Positions 11,701 to 25,159 of a stretch of 64,000 bases of DNA are shown here, in pieces. The notes under the pieces are model-generated. The model did no database searches and had not been told where the DNA came from. It was given only the letters and a program-made list of their open reading frames with translations. This DNA is from Botryllus schlosseri (taxonomy: Eukaryota). How positions within the stretch are numbered: position 1 is the first letter of the stretch; each line of letters opens with the position of its first letter. The position numbers and the translations under genes are program-made. The stretch covers positions 9,052,001 to 9,116,000 of the forward strand of contig CM119371.1 of NCBI GenBank assembly GCA_051294905.1, written 5' to 3'.

Positions 11701-13233
11701 TAGAGGTGAACAAAATCGAGCATCCAACTGATTCGATTTCCAATCGAGTATTAGGTAGGGATGGTGTGAACCTCTGAAAGGTTCAGGTTCGTGTGAACGC
11801 AATCCTTTTCGAATGGTTCTGTGTGAAAGCGAACGTGGACCTCATGACGTCACGTGACGTCATATTGCTCATTCCAACCCTACATTTAAGCGAAGTGATA
11901 ACCTATATCATTGTACGGATTGTACACGATACCTAGCGACGACTCGGCGGCCTCATAATGCCACAATGCTGGGATACATATTGACGTTGTAAACGTCGCC
12001 AAATGTGTCGACTGGTGCAATCAAATGATATAATAATCCCATAGAATCAAAATCTTTCGTCGCTTTGCCAACAATTTCGACGAGGACTCGCAAGAGAATA
12101 TGAGCTTACGCCTTATAACGTTCTAGGCCAGACCGGGCAATGTATTCGGCGTCTATAAGTATTCCTACGTTGATATTGAGCATAGAGTGAAATAGGTTTC
12201 TATACTGGCCACCAATATTACCCTATTAACAAGTAATATAGTCAACACACCAATCGCATAGATTTGGTTTTTATGATATAATAAACATATGAAATAACGA
12301 TTGAAACCGTACGCCTGCTAGATATTTTACATCAGACAGCGATATCAATTACATTGATTGGTTGAATAAGCATCAATAGCTGACTACATGTTCTACATGT
12401 ACTGTATTTCGCTCTTGATGTTGTGTGATTGCGGGTCAAGCTCACAGCAGAGGGTCACTAAATATTCACTAACGGAAAGCTGGATATTTCGAGCGAAATT
12501 TTGTAACAAAGCAAGTAAACTCTTTGAGATTACCAAGGTACATTCTCGTTTAAGTGTTGATTTTTATGCTGCCTGGACCATTCACAGAATGGCATGCAGT
12601 TGAAATGCAAAGCATTTCAACCAATGATGTTATAATGACGTGAAAAGTGTTATATATGAAAAAGGTTCACAGTGCAGAACCTACCAAGGTGCGTTTGTGG
12701 ACGTGAACCTCTAAATTTCTGAGGTTCACACACAGAACGCGAACGCGAACCTCACGTTCACATCATCCCTAGTACTAAGCTTCGCGTCGAGTCGAATATC
12801 ATTCGCCCTGACGTCATAAATAGTAAACAATGAATTTCAAGTTGAAATCTGTACCTTACACATAACCATATTGACAACAATGCAAGTTACACTTTCCAGA
12901 ATATGATATTTTTATATTTGTTAGTAATGTTAACGATAACTATGACCGTAGCGCGGCATTACAATGTGGGTACAGAGAAAGGTCATTTCATTTAAACTTT
13001 TGTAACCGCGTGATACATGTTGTTGATACTGATACTGTGATATAGTCAGTCGAGTTTCCATGGCTTCCATGGTGGATTACATTGCCGACACTGTATATCT
13101 TGTAAATATTTCTTCGCCAGTAGCGGCGTGTACTTTGAGTATTTGGAAAATCAGTGCCGTACTGCTCGAACCGAAGCGTCGCAATCAATAGTCGATTTGG
13201 ATTCGACTACTCAAATCATGGTGCCCAACCCTA
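11701..13233. mobile_element. hAT MITE family E (TCGAGT/TCGAAT-rich ends), host of family A copy 2
   Basis: Left end TAGAGGTGAACAAAATCGAG matches 32210 TAGGGCTGGACAAAATCGAG; right end GTGCCCAACCCTA; sequence is contiguous across the 11756-12771 insert. Confidence 0.65.
11756..12771. mobile_element. hAT MITE family A, copy 2 (nested)
   Basis: Same TIRs and internal sequence as 9888-10873; TSD GTATTAGG / GTACTAAG. Confidence 0.9.
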
Positions 13234-14667
13234 ACTCTGATTGAATGTTTGCATAGATGCATACCGTGCATAAATAGTTGAGTCTTGAGTGTAGACTAGA
13301 AAATGCGCTGTGAACACTTACCACGTAATTCACAGCACGCAGATATCGGCCACAATATTATTTTGTAAAGTCCGGCCGATACATTTGGCCTATCGCCGTT
13401 AACGGAAAAGTTGAAGAGCTTCTTGGAGGTACTGAACTTTAATATACAATTGAATATAGTATAGTCCTATAGAAATGGCCCCGAATATTTTCGGAGGCTA
13501 CTCGTCAGGGGTAATCGTCAGCAATTAGTGAATAATTGGAAAGAACATTGTATTTCAACACTCATATTAAAAATATGACGTCAAAAGCCCGGGTTCATAT
13601 TACTAGTCAATTACCGGGATATGTTCCTAACTTTTAGTCTTCCCAATCGTACGGTAAAACAATAATCCAAATCCAAACTTTCAATAGTTTCACAACAAAA
13701 CAGATACCACATTGCGACTCTCACTGTCAATTTTCGTAGCTCTGTCCTATCTGAGTACCTTCGTCCTGAATGCCGAACTCAGAAGCTGCTAAACCTTGAA
13801 AGCTGTCAAAACGTTTGTACACCTGACACAGTGGTCGTAAAGTAGCTGCTTGAAGGCGGGGCTTGACACCGGCTATACATTCTGAAGCGTCCGCGGCACT
13901 TAATCCCATCGAGCCCATTCATAACGTCAAGCCGAATAAGCTAAACCTAGTCTCATTAAAACAATCTCCACACAAGCATTGCAGAGGGGACTTTTCATTC
14001 GTCGCGTCTGTTTCGCGATGTTATTTATGTTTGAGATTGATGAACGGCAACAAAAGGCGGGTCAACAAAAGACGCAGACAATACATTCGTCTCACAAAGC
14101 GGTAACCTTATTTCTAAGTACCCGCGACGAATCAATTGTATGGCACGCGAAAGGAAATATTTCGCTCGTAAATCTGCTTTCTGCGGTGTTTGTCGAGTAT
14201 TCCGATCCGGATTCCTAGGTAAAGGGTAAGAAACTTTTGGTTACGGTTACTCCCAGAACTATATTTGCCCAAATTCTGAAAGTTACAGCGTTGAATTGAA
14301 TGGAAAAAATCCTATGGTCGGAAATTTTTGCACAATAATCATGTTCCAGCGGCTTGCGAATCGACATGAAATTCATTTTGATTTCAACAAGCGTTAGCAA
14401 TAATCATAATATCAGCCTAAATAAAGTTATGCAAATCATTGTTTCAAACATTGTCGTTGATTTGAGATTACAAATTGGCGAATTTGTTATTTCATTGTCC
14501 GATATTGGATCTTCGAAACGGTTGCCCGACCGGTGAGCGTGCGACACAATAGAAACGACAATTGATCAAGGGACACTTCAGCATGCTTCACTTCAGCATG
14601 TTACTTTATAACACCAAAACTAATCCTAACCCGAAACCCGGAAATTAACCGCTATATATATCATAAC

Positions 14668-15236
14668 TAGAGGTCGACCGATTATTGACCTGGCCGATTA
14701 TAGAGGCCGATATTTATAACCTTCCCGATTATAGTTACCGGCCTATGAAGGCCGATATCGCGGCCGATATTTTATTTATAAAAAAATCTGAAATATTGGA
14801 AATTCAAGGCTACGTGTTCTCAATCGCAAGAAATCGACGACCCAAAGTGCGATACGTGACAGATTTACCCTTGGAAGACGAGTTTAACTGGTTGAGCATG
14901 CAGCTAAACTATGCTTCCTGCATTATAATCTATACCTCTATGGACTGATTTGCAATTCTGTATCACGTTTTGCTTCTTGGGTTATCCCAAATTTCAATGA
15001 ATGTTCAGGGTGCACAATTAAGCAAAATTTCTTTTTAATTTCAGTTTTCTCGTATGTTATTCAGCTTTATGTGGCATATACAAGTGCCATCTTGCCTAAT
15101 ATGTAATATTTTGGCGAAATGGTTCTCTGCTCCTTCCATATTAATATCGGCCTATGATATCGGATATCCGCCTTGTGAGTGTGTCGATAATCGGTATCGC
15201 TATCTGCCTGAAAAAATCAATATCGGTCGACCCCTA
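14668..15236. mobile_element. hAT MITE with TAGAGGTCGACCGAT TIRs
   Basis: TAGAGGTCGACCGAT ... ATCGGTCGACCCCTA; perfect 8-bp TSD ATCATAAC; GGCCGAT subterminal repeats. Confidence 0.92.
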
Positions 15237-15756
15237 ATCATAACCCCAAGCCTTACCCTAACCCGTGATTTAATCCACATGCTCATGTGTAGCATGCCCA
15301 GTTGACGCATGCTCATACGTCATTGTCCACGGACCCCTCGAAACATCTTGACTGCGCTTATTCCGGTAGAATCATATACTCTATCTCAGTGGTTTTGAAC
15401 CGTTGTTCAATAGAACACTAGCGGTTCCATGCTGAGCCAGTGTGAGGGCCTCCGTGAAAGTCAAAACACACACACCAACTCGTACATATGATTTGTGATG
15501 ATACGCCGCATTTTGCCATTATTGGGTCCTATGAGTAGTTGAATCGTAACTGCTGTGGCGGTACCTCATGTGCAGTGGCATACGCTGGAGAGGTTAGTGT
15601 TAGAGATCAAAACTCCGACCTTCTGGAATGCCAATTCTATTTCCAATATCTTGAAGCTCATTTGTAATTAAGCGAATGTTATCAAGCTGTTGCGTTTCGA
15701 CCGACCGACACGATGACACTTTCCAATGTTGTTGTTTATGAAGTGTACGGTAAATA

Positions 15757-16125
15757 CCGAGTAAGCCATTACCGAAAATGGACACCCCCGAGAACGGACA
15801 TTACCGAGAATGGACATACCCCCGAGAACGGACATTACCGAGAATAAACACCAACAAGGACGGGCACCACCGAGAATGGACATTACCGATAATGCAATGC
15901 AGGATTGTTATGCATATGAACAGGTCATGTGTATTTAAATTTGTGCATCACGTCATGGCAACATCATGTGTCGATTCCCAGGTATAAATTTCTCTACAAC
16001 GTCCGTCCCAGTAAGTTAGATTCTTGGCATTGGCCATTCTCAGTAATGACCACTCTCGTTAGTTTCCATTCTCGGTAATGTCCCTTCTCGGTAATGTCCG
16101 TTGTCGGTAATGTCCATTCTCTGTA
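15757..16125. mobile_element. Foldback-type MITE with arrays of a ~16-bp subrepeat (GAGAA(C/T)GGACATTACC) in inverted arms
   Basis: Direct array at 15775-15895; inverted array (GGTAATGTCC...TTCTC) at 16040-16125. Ends approximate. Confidence 0.7.
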
Positions 16126-16149
16126 ATGATTTTATAGGTATTTCTTTGG

Positions 16150-16408
16150 AACCGTTTATGATATTCAAGGTGTTTGTTGACTACTATGGTCATTTTACAC
16201 CAGGCCAATATTCCGTATGACGGACTTGTAGCACGGCCCAATTCTAGGCTTTTCTAAGAGACCGCATATACGGATCACGTGGCGAAAAGAAGCGTATATA
16301 AACCTCCAACACTTCGTTAGGAATTCTGGAGCCGACCACGGTCGGATTCGAACCCGCAAACCGTTGCTATTGCAGCAGCAGTGAAACGTACCACTGCGCT
16401 ATCTCGCC
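16150..16408 (-). mobile_element. tRNA-derived SINE
   Basis: Minus strand starts GGCGAGATAGCGCAGTGGTA (A box) with GGTTCGAATCC B box at 16354-16344. The 3' body (AAAAGCCTAGAA..GGGC.GTGCTACAAGTC...GGCCTGGTGTAA..GACCATAGTAG) is shared with 20725-20893. Confidence 0.8.
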
Positions 16409-16471
16409 ACACTTTCCAAGGTGAACTGGTGTCCGACTGGTAACAGCACACTGATTTTCAATGAATTAGAG

Positions 16472-17317
16472 CAGGGGTGGGCAAACTACGGTCCGCGGGC
16501 CGTATGCTGTCCGCAACGACGTTCTGTGCGGCCCGCGAAAATCAGAAGAAACTTATTAAAAATATTGATAAAATTCGTACTGAAATCGAATTAATGCGGA
16601 TACTTGAATAAACTTTTTCTTATTATATTTCACCAAGATAATCCAAAGGCAGTGGTTGTCAAACTGAGGGCGAGCCCCCCATCAAGGACATGAAAGCATC
16701 CGAAGGAAGGCGCGAAGCTGAGCTCGACTGAAATTTTTTTCACGCGTAGTGCGATTAACATACAACTCATAATTATCAATCTGCATTTAGGCTGAATTTC
16801 ATATTCAAAAATCTCTCATCCACGATCGTGACCTTCCATGACATTATTCTATCCGTTAGGTTTGCTAGCATACTGGTTGCGTTTTGTGATATGACGATAA
16901 GAGTTGGGGACGCGTAATCTTTTACCATCATAAAGAGGGGCGTGTCTAAAAATGTTTGAGAACCATTGTTCTACGATAAATACTTGCTCTTTTACTTTTT
17001 ATGTTCAATTTCTGGCACGACAGCCCGATCTCAAGGCCCACGCAGTTTTAAAGGTTTCAACTCCGTAACATCACTTCCGTTTGAAGCTAACATTGTTGTG
17101 ATGCTGTCAGCATTGTGTGTCCTGGAACTGTGTCCAAACTGGATTTAGCAAATACACGAACAAATCGCTGCTCAAGTGCTCAATATCTCCATGTCATCAC
17201 TATATAATCAAATACCAATATTGCGTTTGGTGTATAATCCGAATTTTATAGGCGCGGCACGCGAATGGATTCAGATGTTGAATGCGGCCCGCGAGCTCAA
17301 AAGTTTGCCCACCCCTG
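16472..17317. mobile_element. Buster/Charlie-type hAT MITE, with a nested CAGTGGTTGTCAAAC element at about 16650-16968
   Basis: TIR CAGGGGTGGGCAAACT / AGTTTGCCCACCCCTG; TSD AATTAGAG / AATTAGAC; GCGGCCCGC subterminal motifs. Confidence 0.9.
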
Positions 17318-17548
17318 AATTAGACTGTTTGTTTTGTGTTAAAATAATACTTCAATAGTTTCACACGGTTAATTTTGTTCAGCAGTAATCTATAGTAAGG
17401 TATCAGATGAATACATGGACTTTCTTTTGGATCACTCGGCAAAAATTTGGGGTTCGGCGAAGGCTTGCAGATATACGTAAGTCTCCCGCGGGTTAGTAAA
17501 GTTTAGGAGTCTCTGCTCTCTCTATATTACCATGCTGAACCCCACTCC

Positions 17549-18514
17549 TAGGGATGGTGTGAACCTCTGAAAGGTTCAGGTTCGTTGGAACGCGAACCTT
17601 CACGAAAGGTTCTGTGTGAACGCGAACGTGAACCTCTTGACGTCATATTGTTAATTCCAACCCTACATTTCAGTGAATTGAAAGTATTTATTAATGTACA
17701 GTGTACACGATGCCTAGCGACGATTCGGACCACATAATGGCACAATGCTGTAGTACATACTGTCTTTTTAAACGTCTACAAATGTATCAACAGGATCAAT
17801 CAAATATTATAATAATCCAATAAAATCAATATCTTCCGTCGCTTAACCAACTATTTCGACGAGGACTTGCAAGGGCTCAGGCCAGGTCGGACAATGTATT
17901 CGGTGTCCGAGTGTTGCTACGTTGATACAATGAGCAGAGTGTACTATGGGTTTTACCCCATTAACAAGTTTTGCATCAGTAGCCAACGTCCCAATTGCAC
18001 TGATTTGTTTTTTTATGATACAATAAACATATGAAATCGAGATGGACCACGTACGCTTACTAGTTTTTTTTACATCAGACAGCGATATAATTCCATTGAT
18101 TGGTTGAATGAGTATCATTCGCTGACTATACCTACAGGTAGCGTATTTAGCTCTTGATATTGTGTGATTACGGGTCAAGCTCACAGCAGAGAGTCACTAT
18201 ATATTAACAAACAGAAAGCTGGATATCCCGAGCAAACTTTTGTTACAAAGCAGGTAAAATTTTAGAAACTGTCAAGGTGCACGCTCGTTTAGTGTTGATT
18301 TTTTATGCTGCCATCGCCATGCATAGAGTGCATGGCCCGCCGTAGAAATGTAATAAATTTTAGCCAAAGAAGTTGTAATGATGTGAAAATTGTAATATAT
18401 GAAAAAGGTTCACACTGCAGAACCTATCAAGGTTCGTTTGTGAACGCGAACCTCTCAATTTCCGAGGTTTACATACAGAACTCGAACGTGAGCCTCACAT
18501 TCAAACCATCCCTA
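17549..18514. mobile_element. hAT MITE family A, copy 3
   Basis: Both TIRs present and interior homologous to copies 1 and 2; no recognisable TSD. Confidence 0.88.
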
Positions 18515-20110
18515 ATATCCACCTATAACCAGCGGTAGTCAGTAACAAACTATACTCCTACTTTTCGGGTTAATGAAGTAAGTTCGCTCTACTTGTACCA
18601 CTGCAGAATACAATTCCGGGCACTGTTAGCAACTCCTTCGCACGACTGGAATTGACATGGCGACTGGGTGAAATGGCTTCTGTATCTCGGTAATTGAATT
18701 TGTTTTCGAAAATTAGTCATTGTGCAGTAGTGGCGAAGATGGAGACCGCTATTTCGAACTTAGCCATTTCGAGTTAATTGCATGTAGTATGGCCGCCCGC
18801 GAGCAAATCTAATTTGATAAAGTACTTGCTTGGGTAGTTTACTAACCTCCATTTGCGACTTTCACTCTTGTTTCGACATGTCTTTAAAACTACTAACACT
18901 ACTTGGGAGTCATTTATGAAGGTACTTCTACTTCTACATGAGTATTGACTCGTATTACTTTTAACACCTTTAGCTACCATTGTATTGAACTTGATACCTA
19001 CAAATGACATATAGAGTTGATCGAAAGAGAGTTTTGCTTCCTGACTGGCGAAGGTATCGATCATTGTTCGCGTCTGTTAGCTATCAAGCTTAATACTCCG
19101 TAAACCATATTTGCTTCAGGTTCATCCTTTACAAGTAAGGTTTACAAATGCGACGATTCCGCACCTCTATGACTGGAGAGTCGCGGTATTGCTATATCAG
19201 ACTCTTTACGTAACCCTACATGCATTTCTGTGCATAATGGGGCATTTCAGTTGATTTATCAATGACCATAGCGACAGAGAATGAATTTGGTTGAAATACA
19301 ACTAATTCTTGCCCAACTACACTCGAGTCTAAGCATCGGACCACATGGCCACAGCAGGATTGCCATATTTACGGATTTCCCAGGACATTTCCGAGATTTT
19401 GGCGTTAAAACAAGCATCCGAATATTATGCAAAGCAGGTGTCTCCAACCTTTTTATAGTCGCGACCAAAATTTATATTCTAAAATCTCCCACGGGCCACC
19501 GCTAAATGTAGGATGCTGATGACTAGAAATAACGTTCAACAGCAACACCTTTGTCAAGACCTACTCACGGCAGATGTGGGAAGAGGGCGACTATATGCAC
19601 AGGAATAGCAAATATGTTACCAGCTTACCACTCAGTTCATGTCAATACGCATTATCAAATTCTTGCAGAAGGCAGCATCGGTGAGATGGCTGGTGTTACA
19701 TTTCGCTGACCAGCCTGTCTATGCGTGGTGCAGTTATTGCCGGAGCGCACCTTAGATCTGATTCTGCTTTTATACCTGGCCTATTGCTCTTTACTTCGAA
19801 CATTGTTGAGAAGGGAGTATCACATGGCCATCAGCGGAAGCCGAGTCTTACGAAAAGCCACGAACGAAAGTGTCCCATACTACAAGTAGTCGCACAAACA
19901 TGAATACCAAAACAGCGACAGACTGTAGATTTCCAGGAAGGTGAAATTTCCGTCCTATTGATTTCCATGATGCATTAAATTATCATCAAATAGCCTATCT
20001 CTATTCAGGATAATGGACAATGCTGTCAAGATTTTATCTTTCGTTTCATATTTTTCTCGCTTCAATCTGCATGATACTGGCTGGACATCATTCTTGCGAT
20101 GATTATTATT

Positions 20111-20478
20111 TAGGCTTACCATATTTTGGAAATGTAAAAAGAGGACATTTTTACAGAAATTTGAGACTTGCTAAACCGGAGTAGAATTCTCAAAAACCGG
20201 TAAATTTTTCCCACTTCGTGACCGGTTGACTAAAAAAAAAGGTCATCTTTTCGCTCAGACCTAAAATCACCATTTTTCACTCCGAAATACCCGTTGGAGC
20301 TTCAATTCTGAGCTAATTTGCGCCATATCACTCACAATTTGCACTAAATCTGACCTAAATTTTCAAAAAAGAGGACAAAATCTCAAAAAAGAGGACAAAA
20401 GGGCGTCCTCCGAGGACACTTTCAGAAAAGTCAAAAAAGAGGACAAATCCTCTTAAAAGAGGACGTATGGTAAGCCTA
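20111..20478. mobile_element. hAT MITE family B, copy 1
   Basis: TIR TAGGCTTACCATA / TATGGTAAGCCTA; perfect TSD TTATTATT; AAAAAGAGGAC subterminal repeats. Confidence 0.93.
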
Positions 20479-20724
20479 TTATTATTAGTATTTAAATAGG
20501 TGTGATGGATATTATGGCCTTTTACACCATGTCCGAAGAGTTTGTAAGCTCGATACGGTTACAGTTGTCTGCTGGTGAGAACAAATTCGGCTATAGATTG
20601 TAGGATCTGATCGTAAGTTTGTGATCCGAAACAGTATGAACAAGTCCACCGCTGTTCTCTTCAAACGATCGCGTTGGGTCTCGTCGATATCGCCCGTCTC
20701 TTTTCTGTCGGTAGGTGGCGCTCC

Positions 20725-20893
20725 TAAATCACGCTTCTAATGATACCTCTCATCCGCGTAAGCAGTGTCTTACAAAAAGCCTAGAAGTGGGCAGTGCTAC
20801 AAGTCAGTAGTTACGGAATAAAAATGAAGAATATCGGCCTGGTGTAACTGACCATAGTAGCGGACAACCACCATGAATAATACAAACAAACAA
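20725..20893 (+). mobile_element. 5'-truncated copy of the tRNA-derived SINE with (CAAA)n tail
   Basis: Homologous to the 3' body of 16150-16408; ends GAATAATACAAACAAACAA. Confidence 0.7.
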
Positions 20894-21734
20894 CCTGATA
20901 CCTTACATGCCGGTTCGAATCCTTCAAACGTTTTTTTAAGGCACACATGTTTAGAAATTAGCTGAGGATAGCATCCTCGTAGTTGAAATTATCGTAATCA
21001 TCATTGGTATTTAGCTGTTGTCGTCGCAGCGACCTCATGAGTAGAGGCAAAACGACCCCAACTCGTTAACCCCTTTGCTAAAGTACCGGGTATTACGAAA
21101 AATTATATAATGCTCCAGTTTTTGCAGGTCTCCACATATTCCTGTGCTTATAGAGGCCGTTGACATTCTCAACCCGCATCAACTGTCGGCTTAAATCAAT
21201 ATGTAACTTACTTTATGGCGTCACTCGCATGTAATATTATGCTGTTATGCATGATCATCATAATTTGTGCATCGTAGATATCGCCTGTGCGAGCGCTCTC
21301 GTAGGAATGGAATTGATTCGCGGGGTGAACGAAGTAACTTCGATGCGTGTGTAACAGATTCGACGAGGATTCGATGTGACATCAGGTTGTAGCAAATAGA
21401 TCATGGGTTACGCCTAAGCGCACATGCGAGTCACGTCGTGCAAAGTCGGTATCAGTTGCATAAGATCGAAATCTTATTAGCGATTGCGTGTGTTACATCA
21501 TATCTGAACTTGAAATCCATGCTATATTACACTGGCACAATGACTAGATAATTCTAAGGTTCGAAATCAGGTTTCAAATGGGATTCCTGAACCGGCTTCC
21601 TAGTCGAATCCGACCAAACTTCAAATTCAAATTCCTGGTCATCTCTTAACTTTTAAGCTATTATCCATCTCTGACCACAACCCAGTGACGATTAGTCTCA
21701 TCTATTTTATTTTATTGGGGAAAAGGAATAATTT

Positions 21735-23130
21735 ATTTATTTGCACCACTTTTGTCATACAAATATATATAAATAACGCTATTAATATTATTAATAGTAG
21801 TAGTAAATCGAGATCTTGGCGCTTATCACATCACAGGTTTTCTGCTCCACTTCTATGATGGTTAGTACAGAGAAATCGTATCATAAAATATGTGTGTAAC
21901 GTTGTTTGGTTTTATTGATAGTAATTTGCTCATTTAATTAGCCTAAATTATACAAGATACAGAAATGTCATCAATACAAGCGTACATATAGTTATACAGG
22001 CGCATACACGTATATTCATGTCTAGCTATTAGCTCTACCATATAAATCGTATGATACAACATCTAAAACTATATCCAATCTATTTGAGTCTGTGAGAAGA
22101 TCTTTCAAGTCCGAATTAATCCGGTTAGCTCGTCCACTTCTTCGTTGTCGATATTTCACTCAAGGAAGCAAAAAGTGTTCAACAGATTATTCTACATCGC
22201 ACCCTTGACATGGTGGAGTGTGAGCACAACCAATCTTATTCAAATGTTGTTTCAGTCTACAATGACCGCTTTTTAGTATGAGGTTAGTCACGTCTCTTCG
22301 CCGCCTCCCAATGTGATATCACTCGAGTACCCTCGAACACTTGTGTTGAAGTGACCATTTATTGTACATGACTCAACTTAGCACACATTAGGTTCTACCC
22401 GTAATACTGCTGATCACATTGATCGTGCGACCAAGACCAAGATCATGAACGATGTGGCTGTTCACCGTCCCGATTTACAAATAACTCAACTGATGTAACG
22501 TCAACGCGTCCGCAGGAACGCATGAATCAGCACGCGCATCATACTCGGTCAGAAGCTCACCATTGACTCATCCGCTCAAGCTTGATGCTCAGCAATCAAA
22601 GGCCAAAAATTCTTCCATTGGCAAACATCTGTTGGATAATCCCGCCTGTGCAAAAAACATCGAAACAACAGATTTCGTGTCGTTGGGAGGGGCGGTACCA
22701 CTTTGATTTGTTTGCCTTGGAGTCGACCTTTATCAAAATACACCAGTCCGGGCTGTTTCAACAGAAAGAGTTCGTGTACCATCTAAACATAGTACATTGA
22801 ACGCTCTCGTATTCGAAATTTCATGCTGATGACGCCACAGTTTATGATACGATTGTTGATATACAATGTTCTTTGTCCTTCTCTACTAGCTGATGACGAT
22901 TATCCTGGACCAGTGTCGGCCGAAAAATACGGGTTTAATTCCAATATGAATATACTATTTAATAATAATACATTGGTCGACTGTTTAATGCCAATGCCCA
23001 ATGTCCATGTCCAATTGTCCATGTTTCCACTCTCCCGACCCAAATCTGGACTCAATATCACCCATTCTCTCTGGTAAACTTCCGACAAGTAGAGGCATCG
23101 GAAATTCGAGATTCTACCTTTCCTCAATTC
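21735..23130 (-). mobile_element. Decayed 3' portion of an I/Nimb-group non-LTR retrotransposon (RNase H-like remnant + CCHC knuckle)
   Basis: Minus strand near 22150-22290 reads KSGHCRLKQHLNKIGCAHTPPCQGCDVE*SVEHFLLP, the C-terminal knuckle of I/R1/Nimb ORF2. Upstream LCLDGT..TARTGVF is weakly RNase H-like. 3' end GCAAATAAATAAA near 21735. Confidence 0.6.
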
Positions 23131-24885
23131 ATGGTTTTAATCATATTACTATGCTTGGGAAGATGTGAAATGGTAATAGCCTACATATGTGGACAAAACG
23201 TTTCAGCTATTGTACAAGGGTATAGATTTGACGCATCTGTTTCGAATAGCCTATTGAACAATGTTACGGTTGTGATGAAATGCTGAAATGCTATAATATG
23301 GTAATCGACTTTTAACGTGATTAGTGTACAAATTATACCATGTGAAGATTGTGCACTGTACTACGTACACTGCAGAGTGTACTGTACATTCATGACTATC
23401 CGACAAAGACAAGAGGAAAACAATCCCACTTTATAGTATGGACAGAATCGTAAAAGGCGAATAATATTCCATGGACCTTCAGTGTATAATCCTAACTTAA
23501 AAGGCTATCATGTGTCAGGTAGTTTGACCTGAATCCGAAGCGAATACAACTTCATGTTATGATGGACTTCCAGTTGCCTGTATAATCCATTTCAAATGTA
23601 TTGCTACTTTTGGTGGTATAGCTGTGAATGTGTAACTTCTTCGGTAAATTACCATAACCTTAACTGCAATGAATGTGCGAATGATATTTTGATTCTGGGT
23701 TATGGTTTAGGGAAGTTACACTAATAAGATACGGTATGCCAAAGCACATGTTACTTTAATCTGCAATAAATAATTGGAACGGAGCATCCGGTGTACAACA
23801 CGATAACTTGAGAGATTTGTCGTCATGCATCATCAGGTTACATATAGCGAGATTACAGTAATATTGTATTGCAACACTGTTTGATATAATACAACTTGTT
23901 TTAGTGCTACACGGATAATCATAGAATCCTCGTTTTCGTTGAGTTCAGTAGCTATTGATTGTGACAATATTTCCTGGTCTGACAGTGAACGAGAAGCTAC
24001 CCACCCGTAAGATTAGAGGGAATTCCAGTATTCAGTTAAAGATGGTCAGACTCATCGGGTGCAGTTGCAAAATCTACCCTGACAGAGTTTAATATCTTAC
24101 ACACTATATAATAGGCTATTCATCAATACGCTTACTATTAGTGTAGGTAGATAAAGTGTATCAGGTAATCACTTGTTGTTTCAGGCGTATCGCGAAATAC
24201 GTTATTTTCCTTCGAGACGCTTGAATGTTGAATGCAACTGCTATGATTGTTTTCTGTCGTCCGTGCCCTGCCCATTCAGGTTCGAATACAAGAACATACC
24301 TTCAGCATTTCAATCTATGCTTACTGTGCAGCTAGCTGTATATATTGCGAAACGTTATTAATACCACAAATGTTGATGGTGTGAAATTAGTTAACAACGC
24401 TAACAAGAAAAGTACTGACATCCTATCATTAATCATTGTATGCCTGGGGCTGTCAGTTGTAGATTTTACCGCTTTACGTTCTTGTTTGTAATAAATGCTT
24501 TTGATAATACGAATGACAATAAGTGGCCGTCTGTTTGTTACACTTATCAATGCATATGAACTCTACTTCCCCAAATCGTACGTATGCAATAGTAAAACAG
24601 ATTGATAGCAGTTGTTTCACCGTCTCGGTATACTAGTATTTTAATAGTCACTACACCGATGCTAAAATGTGCTTAACCTATACCACAATGCATATAATAA
24701 TCAGCATATGGCATCATACGAAAAAGATGACAATAAGCAACTAGAGATATAGTGATTGCACTTCCCTTTATCTGTCATACAAATGTATTCTCTTGATTGT
24801 ATATTTCTTAAGCAAAGCACATTACATGAACAGCAATATATCGCCGTATAGGTTACGTATTTTAAACCGGACGTTGCAAGTCCTT

Positions 24886-25090
24886 ATGACTAGGAGAAAT
24901 GAAGGAGTTTTGCCAGATAGCAGTTGGACATGGATCATATGTATTGGAAATATGATGGCTTCATTTAGTTCCATTGGGATGTATCGTTGCTTTGGCGTAT
25001 TTTATCCGGCAGTAATGAACGAATTTGGTGTGAAATATGCGCAAGTTTCATTGGTATCTGGACTCTACAGCGGATGCATGTCTTTCGGTT
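24886..25090 (+). CDS. SLC16: SLC16/monocarboxylate-transporter-like MFS protein, coding exon 1 of 7
   Basis: MTRRNEGVLPDSSWTWIICIG...YRCFGVFYPAVMNEFG matches the MCT N-terminal PDGGWGW / SFGVF motifs; donor GGTT|GTGAGT (phase 1). Confidence 0.9.
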
Positions 25091-25159
25091 GTGAGTACAA
25101 TATCGCAAGAAATTTATTTCGTCCTAGTTTGATAACATTCCAGCAGTAATAATTCACAG

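Noticed and set aside
14620-15270. CCTAAC/CCCTAA telomere-like motifs around the 14668 MITE
   Set aside because: Only a few degenerate units; more likely part of a small host repeat than an interstitial telomere.
16340-16408. tRNA gene
   Set aside because: A and B boxes are present but I could not fold a convincing cloverleaf, and it continues into a repeated body, so it is called a SINE head.
7973-18538. Many 60-115-aa track ORFs within MITEs (e.g. 7973, 8031, 10188, 10517, 12388, 14685, 17843, 18305)
   Set aside because: They lie in non-autonomous repeats, are not conserved in frame between copies, and show no protein motifs.
19671-19682. 12-nt micro-exon candidate (TTCTTGCAG|AAGGCAGCATCG|GTGAGA)
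   Set aside because: Good splice signals but no supporting neighbouring exons; expected by chance in 64 kb.
20515-20735. About 75-codon open minus-strand frame (KRDLGAPPTDRKETG...)
   Set aside because: No ATG, weak acceptor, abuts a SINE remnant, no recognisable motif.
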